Source: Alkalispirochaeta sp.
Lineage (GTDB): Bacteria > Spirochaetota > Spirochaetia > DSM-27196 > Alkalispirochaetaceae
Length of the DNA stretch: 64,000 bases
Reading direction: 5' to 3'
Assembly (NCBI GenBank): GCA_965601925.1
Contig: OZ271854.1
Span: forward strand, 3,488,001 to 3,552,000
Made by a program: the position numbers and the translations under genes. The notes beneath the pieces were generated by a model. The model was not told the origin of the DNA and did no database searches. It saw nothing but the letters and a program-made list of their open reading frames with translations. The stretch's first letter is position 1. Every line of letters begins with the position of its first letter. Positions 1-9,642 of this stretch are shown piece by piece.

Positions 1-1
1 G

Positions 2-733
2 GTGATCGGATCGGGACTCGCGATTAACTCGATGAAGACGACGGCTCGGCGTCGAGAGACGATGATCCTCTCCTATATCGATCGGTATCACGCCGAGTTC
101 GAGGGGGAAGAGGCCCCTCGTTGGTACGACTACCGCTACGCCGACGCGATCGAAGGGGGCGATATCCTCGTCCTGAGCGATACGGTGTTGGCCGTCGGCT
201 GTAGCGCCCGCACCTCACCGGAGGCGATAGAACGGCTCGCCGAGACTCTCTTCGTCGGCGGGTCGGCCATACAGGAGGTCCTCGCGATTCAGATCCCCTT
301 CAAACGGGAGTACATGCATCTCGATACGGTCTTCACCATGCTCGATGTGAATAAATTTCTCATATTCCGAGGGATTGAGAATGAGACCAAGGTATTCAGT
401 CTGCGGCCGGGAGCCCGGGGACACCTCAAGATCGCGACCTGCGAGAGTCTCAAGGAGGCGCTCGATAGCGCTTTGGGACGCGACGACGTTCGTATTCTCG
501 GAAGCGGCGGAGAGGATACGATCACCGCGGCTCGGGAGCAGTGGAACGACGGTACCAACACCCTGGCCATCGCACCGGGAACCGTCGTAACCTACCGACG
601 AAACCAAGCCTCCAACGATACGTTGCGCAAAAACGGCGTCGAAGTGGTGGAGATCGAAGGGTCCGAGTTGGTCAGAGGACGCGGCGGTCCGCGCTGCATG
701 AGCATGCCTCTTCGACGCGCACCCGTCGGCTGA
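2..733 (+). CDS. arcA: Arginine deiminase, C-terminal part (truncated by window edge)
   Basis: Motifs [29 protein letters not shown] and [15 protein letters not shown] (catalytic Cys); directly upstream of OTCase. Confidence 0.95.
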   Translation: MIGSGLAINSMKTTARRRETMILSYIDRYHAEFEGEEAPRWYDYRYADAIEGGDILVLSDTVLAVGCSARTSPEAIERLAETLFVGGSAIQEVLAIQIPFKREYMHLDTVFTMLDVNKFLIFRGIENETKVFSLRPGARGHLKIATCESLKEALDSALGRDDVRILGSGGEDTITAAREQWNDGTNTLAIAPGTVVTYRRNQASNDTLRKNGVEVVEIEGSELVRGRGGPRCMSMPLRRAPVG

Positions 734-797
734 AATCTCGAAACGAACGAGCCGCTCGGGGCTCGGATTCATAACACTCACGAGGAAGGAGTTTGCA

Positions 798-1790
798 ATG
801 GCGATCAGTTTGAAGGGACGGCACCTGTTAACCCTCAAGGATTTCACACCCGAAGAGATACGATTTCTCCTCGACCTCTCCCTCGATCTGAAGCGAAAGA
901 AACGGGCGGGCGTCCGGGGAGAGCTCCTGGACCGGAAAAACATCGTCCTGTTGTTCGAGAAGACCTCTACCAGAACCCGTTGCGCCTTTGAGACCGCCGC
1001 CTTCGACGAGGGAGGGAGCGTCACCTTTCTTACGAACAGCCAAATGGGAAAGAAGGAGTCGATCGAGGATACGGCCAAGGTCCTGGGCCGCTACTACGAC
1101 GGTATCGAGTTTCGGGGCTTTGAACAGAAGACCGTTGAGGACCTCGCTCGCTTTGCCGGCGTACCCGTCTGGAACGGTCTCACGGACCTCTACCATCCGA
1201 CGCAGATTTTGGCGGATCTCCTCACGCTCAAGGAACACTGCCCGAAGCCCCTCAACAAAGTGAAACTCGTCTACGCAGGGGACGCCAGGAACAACATGGG
1301 AAACTCCCTGATGATCGGCGCAGCGAAGATGGGCATGCATTTCGTGGCTCTCGCCCCGAAGGCGCTTTTTCCCGCCGAAGAGCTGGTGGTCGAGATGCGC
1401 GAGATGGCGCGGGAAACGGGGGGAACGATCGAGCTGTCGGAGGATATAGACGCCGTCGGTGGCGCCGATGCCCTGTATACCGATGTGTGGGTCTCTATGG
1501 GCGAGGAGGCGATGTTCGCCGAGCGGATCGAACAGCTTCGACCCTATCAGGTGAACATGGAGATGATCAAAAAGACCGGCAACGACGATGTGCTCTTCCT
1601 CCATTGTCTCCCGGCGTTCCACGACCTGGAGACGAGCATCGGCAAAGAGATCCATGAGAGGTTCGGCCTAAGCTCCATGGAGGTGACCGACGAGGTGTTT
1701 CGTAGCAGGCATTCCGTCGTTTTTGATGAGGCGGAGAACCGAATGCACACCATTAAGGCTGTGATGGTGGCGACGATCGGGAATCTTTAG
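798..1790 (+). CDS. arcB: Ornithine carbamoyltransferase (catabolic by context)
   Basis: FEKTSTRTR carbamoyl-phosphate motif, HPTQ, FLHCLP, EAENRMH; RBS GGAAGGAG upstream. Confidence 0.95.
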   Translation: MAISLKGRHLLTLKDFTPEEIRFLLDLSLDLKRKKRAGVRGELLDRKNIVLLFEKTSTRTRCAFETAAFDEGGSVTFLTNSQMGKKESIEDTAKVLGRYYDGIEFRGFEQKTVEDLARFAGVPVWNGLTDLYHPTQILADLLTLKEHCPKPLNKVKLVYAGDARNNMGNSLMIGAAKMGMHFVALAPKALFPAEELVVEMREMARETGGTIELSEDIDAVGGADALYTDVWVSMGEEAMFAERIEQLRPYQVNMEMIKKTGNDDVLFLHCLPAFHDLETSIGKEIHERFGLSSMEVTDEVFRSRHSVVFDEAENRMHTIKAVMVATIGNL

Positions 1791-2191
1791 ACGAAGCCGT
1801 TCGTCTCCGTAGCGGTAATGGGCTCGTGATGCTGCGTGCGAATACCAATCGGCGCCGGCAATAGGGAGCTAAAAAAGTAAAGTTCGACGCAAGAGCAGGA
1901 TCTCAACCCTCCCGAACCCGATCCCTTTGAGGAAGTACTTTCCGGTGAGTTTGCGGAGTGTCTTCTCGCCGGACACCTATGGGAACACGTAGCTGTTGAA
2001 GGGGAAGAGTTGTGGTCCGAAATTGCCGCCATTTCCCGGAGCCGGGAGGGTACATCCTTCGCTATTGCGAGCGTGTCGACAACGTCTTTGACTTTGTAAC
2101 GGCGTGTTCGCAGTAACTCCGCAAAAAATATCAAGTTGATTATCCGCGCCTCCGTTAGCTTACACGCACATAGTTCCGACAGGAGACGTAA

Positions 2192-2365
2192 ATGAAACTG
2201 GATAGATCCTTTCCGATTATCATCACCGATACGTTAGAAGAAAGTGTGACGTTCTATACCACCCATTTTGAGTTTGAAACCGTCGCAGACCTGGGCTGGT
2301 ACTTTCAACTACGTCATCCCGATGGAGTGGAGATCGCTTTGATGCTACCCAACATCGAAGCGTAG
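2192..2365 (+). pseudogene. Truncated VOC/glyoxalase-family gene (57 aa, not in ORF track)
   Basis: AGGAG RBS at 2181, then MKLDRSFPIIITDTLEESVTFYTTHFEFETVADLGWYFQLRHPDGVEIALMLPNIEA*, which is the N-terminal half of a VOC fold only. Confidence 0.6.
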
Positions 2366-2397
2366 GTTCATTCGCTCGTTCCAAGAAGGAATATGTC

Positions 2398-2691
2398 ATG
2401 AAGACGGTCAACGATTTAACACGACTACCCAATATTGGAAAGACCATTGCTCAGCTTCTCGGCGATGTGGGTATCTACAACGAGGATGAGCTGCGAGAGG
2501 CGGGTCCCGCCGAGGCCTTTCGACGGATTGAGGGGAGCTATCCGGGCGCGACGGTACCGGTGTGTTACTACCTCTACTCCCTCGAAGGGGCGCTTACCGG
2601 CACCCATTGGAACTCCGTCCCGGAGCGACGAAAACGTGAACTGTTGCACGCCGTCGGCCGGCCGGAAAAGTATCGGCCTCGAAAGAAATAG
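2398..2691 (+). CDS. TfoX/Sxy C-terminal-domain protein
   Basis: LTRLPNIGKT...L..VGI...L...G....F; LYSLEGAL.G.HW..VP..RK.EL pattern. Confidence 0.8.
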   Translation: MKTVNDLTRLPNIGKTIAQLLGDVGIYNEDELREAGPAEAFRRIEGSYPGATVPVCYYLYSLEGALTGTHWNSVPERRKRELLHAVGRPEKYRPRKK

Positions 2692-2760
2692 GTTTCGGTC
2701 TCCGCCCAACGGCGTTTTGGGTTTTGTTGTGGCCTCGGAGGAGCCGGTATAGTATGCGAT

Positions 2761-3612
2761 GTGGAGTCGGACAACGCCCGTTCACGTGATTACCGAGCCC
2801 TGTGGGATACCCTGATCTACATCCAGCGCAACCTGGAATCGGCCCTCTCATTGGATGTTCTCGCGGAGATCGCCCACTATTCGCCGTATCACTTTCACCG
2901 TTTGTTCAAGCAGTTTACCGGGGAGACCGTCAAAGCCTATGTGCGGCGGCTCCGGTTGGAACAAAGTGCCTTTGCGCTTCAGGTGAGTGAGCAACCGGTC
3001 ACGGATCTTGCCTTTCAAAGCGGCTACTTCACCCATGAAAGCTTCACTCGCGCCTTCCGACACCGCTTCGGTTTAAACCCATCGGAGTACCGTGCGGCAC
3101 GCACCCTTCCCGACCGGTGCAATGACGAGCACATTACTTCGGTTGAAGAGGTCTATTTCTCCGGACGAACCTGTCTTTGTCGGCGTTACGACGGCCCGTA
3201 TGAAGCTACGCCCTCGCCGGAACAGGGGGACTCACCCTGGAAGGCTCTTATGCGTCAGCTTGACGCGCCGCCGGGGGATTGGGATCGATTTGAATGGTTC
3301 GGGATCAGTCGCGACGACCCGGAAATCACCGCTCCCTCCCATGTCCGCTACGATGCATGTGTCGCGGTACCTGAGGATACCAAGCCGGATCCGACGCTAC
3401 GAAGGATGAAACTCGACGGAGGCGTCATGATTCGTGCGAGTTACAGCGGTCCCTTCTATCAATTGACCGAGGCCTATCACTATGTGCTGAGAGTGTGGGC
3501 AGCCGACCACACCATGCCGCTCGCGGTCACGCGTGCGCCGTTTGAGAAGTTCATTATCGAGGGGGGAGAATGGGTCGGGACGGAGATCTATTTCCCTATA
3601 GAAAACAGGTGA
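2761..3612 (+). CDS. AraC-family regulator with C-terminal GyrI-like effector domain
   Basis: SPYHFHRLFK, SGY..HESFTRAFR.RFG..PSEYR; C-terminal DDPEIT...RYDACV and GPFYQL..AY. Confidence 0.9.
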   Translation: MESDNARSRDYRALWDTLIYIQRNLESALSLDVLAEIAHYSPYHFHRLFKQFTGETVKAYVRRLRLEQSAFALQVSEQPVTDLAFQSGYFTHESFTRAFRHRFGLNPSEYRAARTLPDRCNDEHITSVEEVYFSGRTCLCRRYDGPYEATPSPEQGDSPWKALMRQLDAPPGDWDRFEWFGISRDDPEITAPSHVRYDACVAVPEDTKPDPTLRRMKLDGGVMIRASYSGPFYQLTEAYHYVLRVWAADHTMPLAVTRAPFEKFIIEGGEWVGTEIYFPIENR

Positions 3613-3886
3613 GTAGATAGGTATCGGATTGGGTTACGTTGCATGATCGACCTCGACTCATGTAGTGCGAGGCGTCGGCACCGCCCGTCCCGGCGCAAAA
3701 CCTACTGCGAGCGCGCCGCCATTGTGAGTACACATACGTGGGATGAGGTTCATATTCGGTCCCTGATCCCGGGAAGTTGCTGAGCACGATGTGCGGTTCG
3801 CGCGCATCCGCACGCAGAGACCGAAACGAATACGCTGCAAAGCAAACGGCAGTCGCTCGCTCGCAGTAACGAATGGGTGTTCATAA

Positions 3887-5698
3887 TCAACGCTCAAAGA
3901 TTCTCTTCCCGAAGGCCGAGCCGACGAGGTTGCACAAACCTCTATCGTCGATCCAACTTTTGTCGGGAGTGCCGGAGATGTCGAAGGCGCGCATCCCCGA
4001 GGTGGCGGCGATCATCTCCATAGCCAGGTGCGCCTCGCGAAAGGTGAGGCCCTCTCCCTCAGCGCCGATGACGTCGGTACTGAGGCGGGCGAGGAACCCT
4101 TCGGTGCCCGTCGTTACCGTTCGGAGGGCCTGGATCATGACCTCCCGCATGCCCAGAAGGTCGATATCTTCCATCGTATAGACCGGCACGCGTCGCTCTC
4201 GAATGAGCTCGGCCTCCCCCTCGGTGACGTCCCGCAGCCCCACGAGCACGATGTTCTCCGGGGAGAAGACCGAGTACAGCGTGGCACCTTCGTCCGTAAG
4301 ACCGAGCACGGTGGCCAAAAAGCGATGGTTCTCATCTCCATCGAGCACCAGGGACGCGCGTGGCGAGAAGACGATGAGCCCGGCGTGGTGCAGCGTCCGG
4401 GACAGACCCTCGAGAGCCGCCACGGTTCGATTCGCCTCTCCGCCGATGAGGGGGAGCTTGTTGTTCTCGACCGCTTCGGCGATCAGGCCCTCACTGATCG
4501 GGGTCGTGACGATCTCGTGATCGAATCCCATCTCTTCCAAATGGTCGAGCAGAATCTCCTGCGTGAAGGTGGGGGAGTTTCCCAGCAGAAGGATATGATC
4601 GGACTTCACTACCGTCTCGCCCCCCATCCGGGGCGTCTTTTGCACGTACGGTGATGTCATCGCCGCCAGAAGGGCGCCGTAGTCGAGATCGAACTCGACT
4701 TTGTCCCCTAAGTGTAGCTCCCGTGCCGACGGACCGACCTCGATTAGAAGGTGATCGCTCGAGGCGCCGAGCACCGTGACGCCCGAATCGACGGCGCTGA
4801 GGTCGTCGGTCACCACGTCCTCTCGCCCCACATTGAGGATCGCCCGGAGAATGTCGCCCCGGTCGGAAAAGGCGTGCCGCTCCCCAAAGGCGTCCATACC
4901 GGTCTCTCCGACGGGGACCGACGGCTTCTTTTTGAGCTCGATGACCTCCGCCGAAAGGCGGAACGCGTCGGGGCGACAACCGGGCCAGAGAGTGCCCCGG
5001 GCCGTCTCGCGTCCCAAAATGATCGACTCGCCCAAACGCAGATGGTTGATACGTTCCGGCATCCCGCCCTCGGCGAGGAGGGGCAGCGAGGACGAGTTCC
5101 CGCCCGATACGATCTCCAGCGCCATCCCGAAGCTCTGCTCGATCCGGTCGGCGTAGTCCACGAGCGCGCCCATGTTCTTGCGCGACGGGAGCACACCGCC
5201 GAAGCAGGTGAGGTTGGTTCCGATACCGACGACCCTCACCCCGTCGAGGGCGACTACTTCCCGGGTTATCTCCATGAGATCGGAAGGCCATATCCCCTCG
5301 CGCAGGTCCCCGAGGTCGACCATGAGAATGATCTTGTGGATCTTTCCCTGCCGAATAGCGGCCTCGGAGAGGGAGCGCATGATGGGGAGCTCTGAGTTCA
5401 GACTGATGTCGGCGTTGGCGACGATCTCGTCGACGCCGGACAGGGGCGGAATACGCAAGAGCATGATAGGCGCGTTGATGCCGCTCCGTCGCAGGCGCTT
5501 GATATTCTCGATACGCGATTCCCCGAGGCCGACGACGCCACCGTCCAACATCGCTCGTCCCACGAGCGGCATGCCGCAGGTGACCTTGGTGACACCCGTT
5601 ACCGCGATGCCCCGGGCGGCGCAAAACTCGACGAGGGTCCGTGCGTTCTCTCGTACGGCGGGAATGTCGATGACGACTTCGGGACCGGACCTCATCAC
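3887..5698 (-). CDS. orr: Ornithine racemase (PLP fold III) fused to a degenerate arginase-like C-terminal domain
   Basis: VTGVTKVTCG (PLP Lys), LMVDLGDLREG, GTNLTCFGG, SGGNSSS, GASSDH; last gene of ornithine operon; ~240 extra aa resembling arginase. Confidence 0.85.
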   Translation of the reverse strand: MMRSGPEVVIDIPAVRENARTLVEFCAARGIAVTGVTKVTCGMPLVGRAMLDGGVVGLGESRIENIKRLRRSGINAPIMLLRIPPLSGVDEIVANADISLNSELPIMRSLSEAAIRQGKIHKIILMVDLGDLREGIWPSDLMEITREVVALDGVRVVGIGTNLTCFGGVLPSRKNMGALVDYADRIEQSFGMALEIVSGGNSSSLPLLAEGGMPERINHLRLGESIILGRETARGTLWPGCRPDAFRLSAEVIELKKKPSVPVGETGMDAFGERHAFSDRGDILRAILNVGREDVVTDDLSAVDSGVTVLGASSDHLLIEVGPSARELHLGDKVEFDLDYGALLAAMTSPYVQKTPRMGGETVVKSDHILLLGNSPTFTQEILLDHLEEMGFDHEIVTTPISEGLIAEAVENNKLPLIGGEANRTVAALEGLSRTLHHAGLIVFSPRASLVLDGDENHRFLATVLGLTDEGATLYSVFSPENIVLVGLRDVTEGEAELIRERRVPVYTMEDIDLLGMREVMIQALRTVTTGTEGFLARLSTDVIGAEGEGLTFREAHLAMEMIAATSGMRAFDISGTPDKSWIDDRGLCNLVGSAFGKRIFER

Positions 5699-7062
5699 CC
5701 GTTCTCCAGATACCGGGTGAGGAGCCGAGTCGCGTCTTCCGGATACTCCGTCCCGAGGACGCCGACGGAGGCCATGATGTAGTGCCGGTCGATGAGAATC
5801 TTCGGAACGGCCGGGGGAAGAAGGTCGTTGGCACTGCCCGTTGTGAACAGTTCTTCAAGTTGGGCTCGCCCCGTCCCGAGCCGCGTCAGAGTCCCGCCGG
5901 TGCCGACGACGTGCTTCACCGCCGTGAGGTCTCGCCCCACGGCGACGGTCCTTTTGCCCCCCGAGGCGAAGGAGTCGCCGTATTTCCCGGCGTGGCGGTG
6001 AAGGGCGAGTTTGAGGGCCGTCAGGCTCAGCTCGCCGACCAAGGTGCGCTCCGTGTCGTCGGCGGGAATGGGGCCTAAGGCCTCGACGGCGGCGTGAAGG
6101 TCCCTCTCGGCGATTCCGGTGACTCGGGACAAGCGCTTGGGGTCGGAGCACTCCAGGACGTTCATTCGGTTGATGTACACGCCGAGGTCCCCTTCGACGC
6201 TCCGCTTGGCGTCCGGTTCCGGGGAGATTTGGATCGCGCCGACCTCCTCGCTGCCGTCGGTGGCGGAATGGACGTCCGTGGTCGCGCCGCCCACGTCGAA
6301 GGTCATCACATCGCCGAGCTCTCGTTTTAACAGAAGCGTGGCCTCCATGACGGCTCCCGGTGTCGGGATCACAGGCCCGTCGACGAGATCGCGAATCTTC
6401 TCCATGCCCGGGGCGTGGACGATGCACTCTTCAAAGATCGCCTGAATCGCCTTGCGCGCCGGGCGAACCTCCAAGCGATCGATAGCGGGGTAGACGTTAT
6501 CGACGATGTAGAGCTTCGAGGCGGTCGATGAGAATATGCTTCGTATCTCGTCGTGGTTCTGAATGTTGCCGGCGTAGAGGATGGGAACGGCGAGACCAAG
6601 CTCGGCGATCTTCTCAGCGTTGTCCAGGGCCGTATCGCGCTCGCCGTAGTCGACGCCGCCGGCAAGCATGATGATGTTCGGTTCCAGGGATCGAAGCGTC
6701 TCGAGCTCCGTTCGGCGTAGTCGCCCCGCGGTGATTTGGTGGATGTTGGCTCCGGCACCCAGGGCCGCCTCCCGGGCGGCGCGTACCGTCATGTCGTAGA
6801 CCAGGCCGTGGACCGTCATGCGAAGACCGCCCGCCGCGCTGCTCGAGGCGAGAAAGCGTTTCCAATGCAGATCCTCGATCTCGAGGGTTCGTTTCAGATC
6901 GTCCAGGGCGGCGTTCATCCCCACCGTTACGTCACCGGCTCCGACGCTTGTCGGCGCCGAGCCTTGACCGAGATGGCGTGGGGCGGCCGTTTCGAGGCCC
7001 CCGAAGGCGTTCACGACGGTGGTGGTGCTCCCGATCTCCGCCGTGAGGAGATCTACGGTCAT
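5695..7062 (-). CDS. GlmL/MutL-like putative reactivating factor of B12-dependent ornithine aminomutase
   Basis: Start re-set to MTVDLLTAEIGSTTT (TGATG overlap with oraE); SSSAAGGL, LAGGVDYGE, PTPGAV, DVGGATTDVHS, RSVEGDLG. Confidence 0.85.
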   Translation of the reverse strand: MTVDLLTAEIGSTTTVVNAFGGLETAAPRHLGQGSAPTSVGAGDVTVGMNAALDDLKRTLEIEDLHWKRFLASSSAAGGLRMTVHGLVYDMTVRAAREAALGAGANIHQITAGRLRRTELETLRSLEPNIIMLAGGVDYGERDTALDNAEKIAELGLAVPILYAGNIQNHDEIRSIFSSTASKLYIVDNVYPAIDRLEVRPARKAIQAIFEECIVHAPGMEKIRDLVDGPVIPTPGAVMEATLLLKRELGDVMTFDVGGATTDVHSATDGSEEVGAIQISPEPDAKRSVEGDLGVYINRMNVLECSDPKRLSRVTGIAERDLHAAVEALGPIPADDTERTLVGELSLTALKLALHRHAGKYGDSFASGGKRTVAVGRDLTAVKHVVGTGGTLTRLGTGRAQLEELFTTGSANDLLPPAVPKILIDRHYIMASVGVLGTEYPEDATRLLTRYLENG

Positions 7063-9275
7063 CAGAGCCCCCGCTCGTCCCTGTTCTTCACCAGGAAGGT
7101 CGCCACTTGGGACCCGTCGGTGCCCCGACCGAAGGCGCGGTCCACGCCGTAGCGCTCGGCGACCTCCGGCGAAACTTGGGTGCCCCCGGCGCAAAAGATG
7201 ACTCTGTCGCGAACGCCCTTTTCGACGCAGGCGTCGTGGATCTTTTGCATGTTCTTATAGTGTACGTCGTCGTGGCTGATAATGGTCGAAGCGAGGATCG
7301 CGTCGGCGTCGAGCTCGATCACGGCGTCCACCAACTTTTCTACGGGACACGAGGTGCCCAGGTAGTGGACCTCGATGCCGAACTGTTCGATACCGCCGTG
7401 TTTGATGTCGATGATCTCCCGCAGGCCCACGGAGTGTTCGTCCTCTCCCACCGTCGCCGCCACGACCTTCATAGGACGCGTCTTGATCGCCGCCGACAGC
7501 TCCTCGAAGCTCATGATTTCCGGCTCCTCCGGGACGACGAGCGTCTCCAAGTCGATGCTGTGGGGAAAGCTACCCTTGATCTCTACGCGTGTTCCTTCGG
7601 CGGCCTGCAGCACCTCCGTATGAATGACCTCCACCTCTTCGAGGCCCATCTTTTTGCCGACCTCGATGGCGGCGTAGTAGGCGGTCCGCTCGTCCACCGG
7701 AAGAAACATGGTTGTCTGCACGACGCCGTCGCCGGCCCATTCCATCTCCGGTTTGACGATGGCTTTTTCTCGGTAATCCCGGGTCTCCTCGAGGCGCGCA
7801 TTGACGTTGTCAGCCGCGTCGAGCTCGTCGATGAATATAATCTTCTCGGGCCTCTCGAAGGTTCCGCCGCCGATGAGCGACGCCGGGTCCCGTACCGCCT
7901 CGTCGCCGTAGGGCTCGAGGTTGTTGTAGCCGAAGTGGGCCGTGACCGGCGCCATGTAGTCCGGGGCCCGCTCGTAAACGGTACCGGCCCCGATGCCGCC
8001 GTCGATGTGCCGGACGATGGCGTCGTCGTTTCGTTCGGGATAGTACCCGGAATCGACGAAGAAGCCTTCTTCAACGGCGTTAAAGTAGCCGCCGACCTCG
8101 ACCATCTCTTCCAAGTAGAGAACGGCACGCTCCTTGAGCTCTCGCACTTTATGGGATAGTTCGCCCTCTTCGCGGCGAATCCGGACCATCTCGGAGAGGC
8201 CGTCCATGCCGGCGAAGGCCTGGTTGGCCGTGTCGGTACCCTCGATGTTGTAAATGTGCCAGGGAACGTTCCGCCCCTCGTCGGGGGTGATGGTCGACTG
8301 TATCTCCGCTCGAGTGAGTTTGGAGATCAGGAGGTTCAGGGTGTGAGTAACGGTAGCCTCCCGGGTGGAGGAGCCCATGTATTTCGTGTTCTGCTGAGCC
8401 CGCATCTTGTACTCAGAGAAGAGTTCGCGCAGGGCGACGGCGTAGGGGAGGTCGAGGCGCATGCAGGGAGCGGGAGGAGCCGTCGGCGGCACCGTTGAGA
8501 GGCAGATGTTCTCTTTCTTCATGCCGACTTTGACCGAGAAGATCGAGTTGAGGCCGTGCTGTACCATGAGCTCGGGCATGACCTTCCAGGCGTCGCGCGC
8601 CGTGGCGTTTGCGTTGTGCGCGCCGTCGATCTGGGCGATCCCCGCCCAGGCCATGATCGTTTTGGCCGCGGCGGCGTCGACGAAGGAGCGCACCATGTTG
8701 ATGTTGCGGTAGAGTACGTTGTACTGCGGGTCCTGGTGGGCGCCGTTCACTCCCTCTTCGGCGAAGAGTACGGCGATCTCAGGCCCCGCCACACCGCTTA
8801 CGTAGGAGTGGTAGTTAATGGGGCGTCCCACCTCGTCTTCGATAAGGTCGAGGGCCTTTCTTTGGGCGCGGAGCTGCTTGCGGGTGATGGGCACGCCGCC
8901 GATCCCTTGGGGCGTCCCTTCCAGGAGGCCGTCCATGTGGCTCTGGCCGGCGGTGCGTATAACCATGAGGTGATCCGCGCCGTGCCAGGCCGCCATCCGC
9001 ATGCGTCGGATATCGTCCTCGAAGCGCCCCGAGGCGATCTCCGTGGTGATGGTGCTCGTGGGTTGCGGTGCGATGCCGTCGAAATACCTGCTCGCCGGCA
9101 ATCCCACCGCCCGATCGAGCTTCTCGCTCGTTTCGTAGTACTCGAACTTGCCGAGTCGTTGCTTCGGACCCGCCCCTTTGCGCCAGATCCAGTGCCGCCT
9201 GCGAGGACGATAGTGCTCCAGGCCCTTCAGTATTTCGACGACGTCTATCTTCGTATTCGGATCAAGGGGCTTCAT
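7062..9275 (-). CDS. oraE: D-ornithine 4,5-aminomutase large subunit
   Basis: TEIASGRFEDDIRRMRMAAWHGADH; B12-binding GEDEHSVGLREIIDIKHGG (PLP Lys); start MKPLDP after AGG-rich RBS. Confidence 0.95.
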   Translation of the reverse strand: MKPLDPNTKIDVVEILKGLEHYRPRRRHWIWRKGAGPKQRLGKFEYYETSEKLDRAVGLPASRYFDGIAPQPTSTITTEIASGRFEDDIRRMRMAAWHGADHLMVIRTAGQSHMDGLLEGTPQGIGGVPITRKQLRAQRKALDLIEDEVGRPINYHSYVSGVAGPEIAVLFAEEGVNGAHQDPQYNVLYRNINMVRSFVDAAAAKTIMAWAGIAQIDGAHNANATARDAWKVMPELMVQHGLNSIFSVKVGMKKENICLSTVPPTAPPAPCMRLDLPYAVALRELFSEYKMRAQQNTKYMGSSTREATVTHTLNLLISKLTRAEIQSTITPDEGRNVPWHIYNIEGTDTANQAFAGMDGLSEMVRIRREEGELSHKVRELKERAVLYLEEMVEVGGYFNAVEEGFFVDSGYYPERNDDAIVRHIDGGIGAGTVYERAPDYMAPVTAHFGYNNLEPYGDEAVRDPASLIGGGTFERPEKIIFIDELDAADNVNARLEETRDYREKAIVKPEMEWAGDGVVQTTMFLPVDERTAYYAAIEVGKKMGLEEVEVIHTEVLQAAEGTRVEIKGSFPHSIDLETLVVPEEPEIMSFEELSAAIKTRPMKVVAATVGEDEHSVGLREIIDIKHGGIEQFGIEVHYLGTSCPVEKLVDAVIELDADAILASTIISHDDVHYKNMQKIHDACVEKGVRDRVIFCAGGTQVSPEVAERYGVDRAFGRGTDGSQVATFLVKNRDERGL

Positions 9276-9642
9276 GGTGTACCGCCTCAAAAAGGGCTGC
9301 CGCATCGTCCCAGAGTTCGTTCCCCGCGAGCTTGAGACCCGCCTCTCTGATCTCCATGCCCTTCGCCTCGGCCAGTTTGTAGACCACGTGGCCGGCGCCG
9401 TGGCCGATGAGGTTCTTGTCTATCGCTCCGTCGACGATCGAAGCGCTCTCCAAACTCGAAAAGCCCATTCTCAAAAGAACCGAGCGCTCGATCGAGGGGG
9501 TGGTGTGTCGCGCCGCCGTCTCGACGATGGGTTCCATGAGTCGCTCGCAGAGCTCCCAGAAGCGCCGTTCCAGCTCTTTTTCGCTGAGTCCCTTCAGATG
9601 AACGCGCCGCTCCTCGAAATCGTCTCTTCGTTCCATACTCAC
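9262..9642 (-). CDS. oraS: D-ornithine 4,5-aminomutase small subunit
   Basis: RRDDFEERR.HL...RFWEL, HTTPSIERSVLLRMGFSSLE; position before oraE. Confidence 0.93.
   Translation of the reverse strand: MSMERRDDFEERRVHLKGLSEKELERRFWELCERLMEPIVETAARHTTPSIERSVLLRMGFSSLESASIVDGAIDKNLIGHGAGHVVYKLAEAKGMEIREAGLKLAGNELWDDAAALFEAVHHEAP

Noticed and set aside
1787..2134. 115-aa minus-strand ORF after arcB
   Set aside because: No recognisable motif or RBS and Ser/Cys-rich composition; other frames are also interrupted; may be a decayed fragment but cannot be supported
3613..3886. Possible riboswitch or ncRNA between convergent genes
   Set aside because: GCAAA motifs are present but no c-di-GMP or other aptamer architecture could be built, and the region is not upstream of any gene
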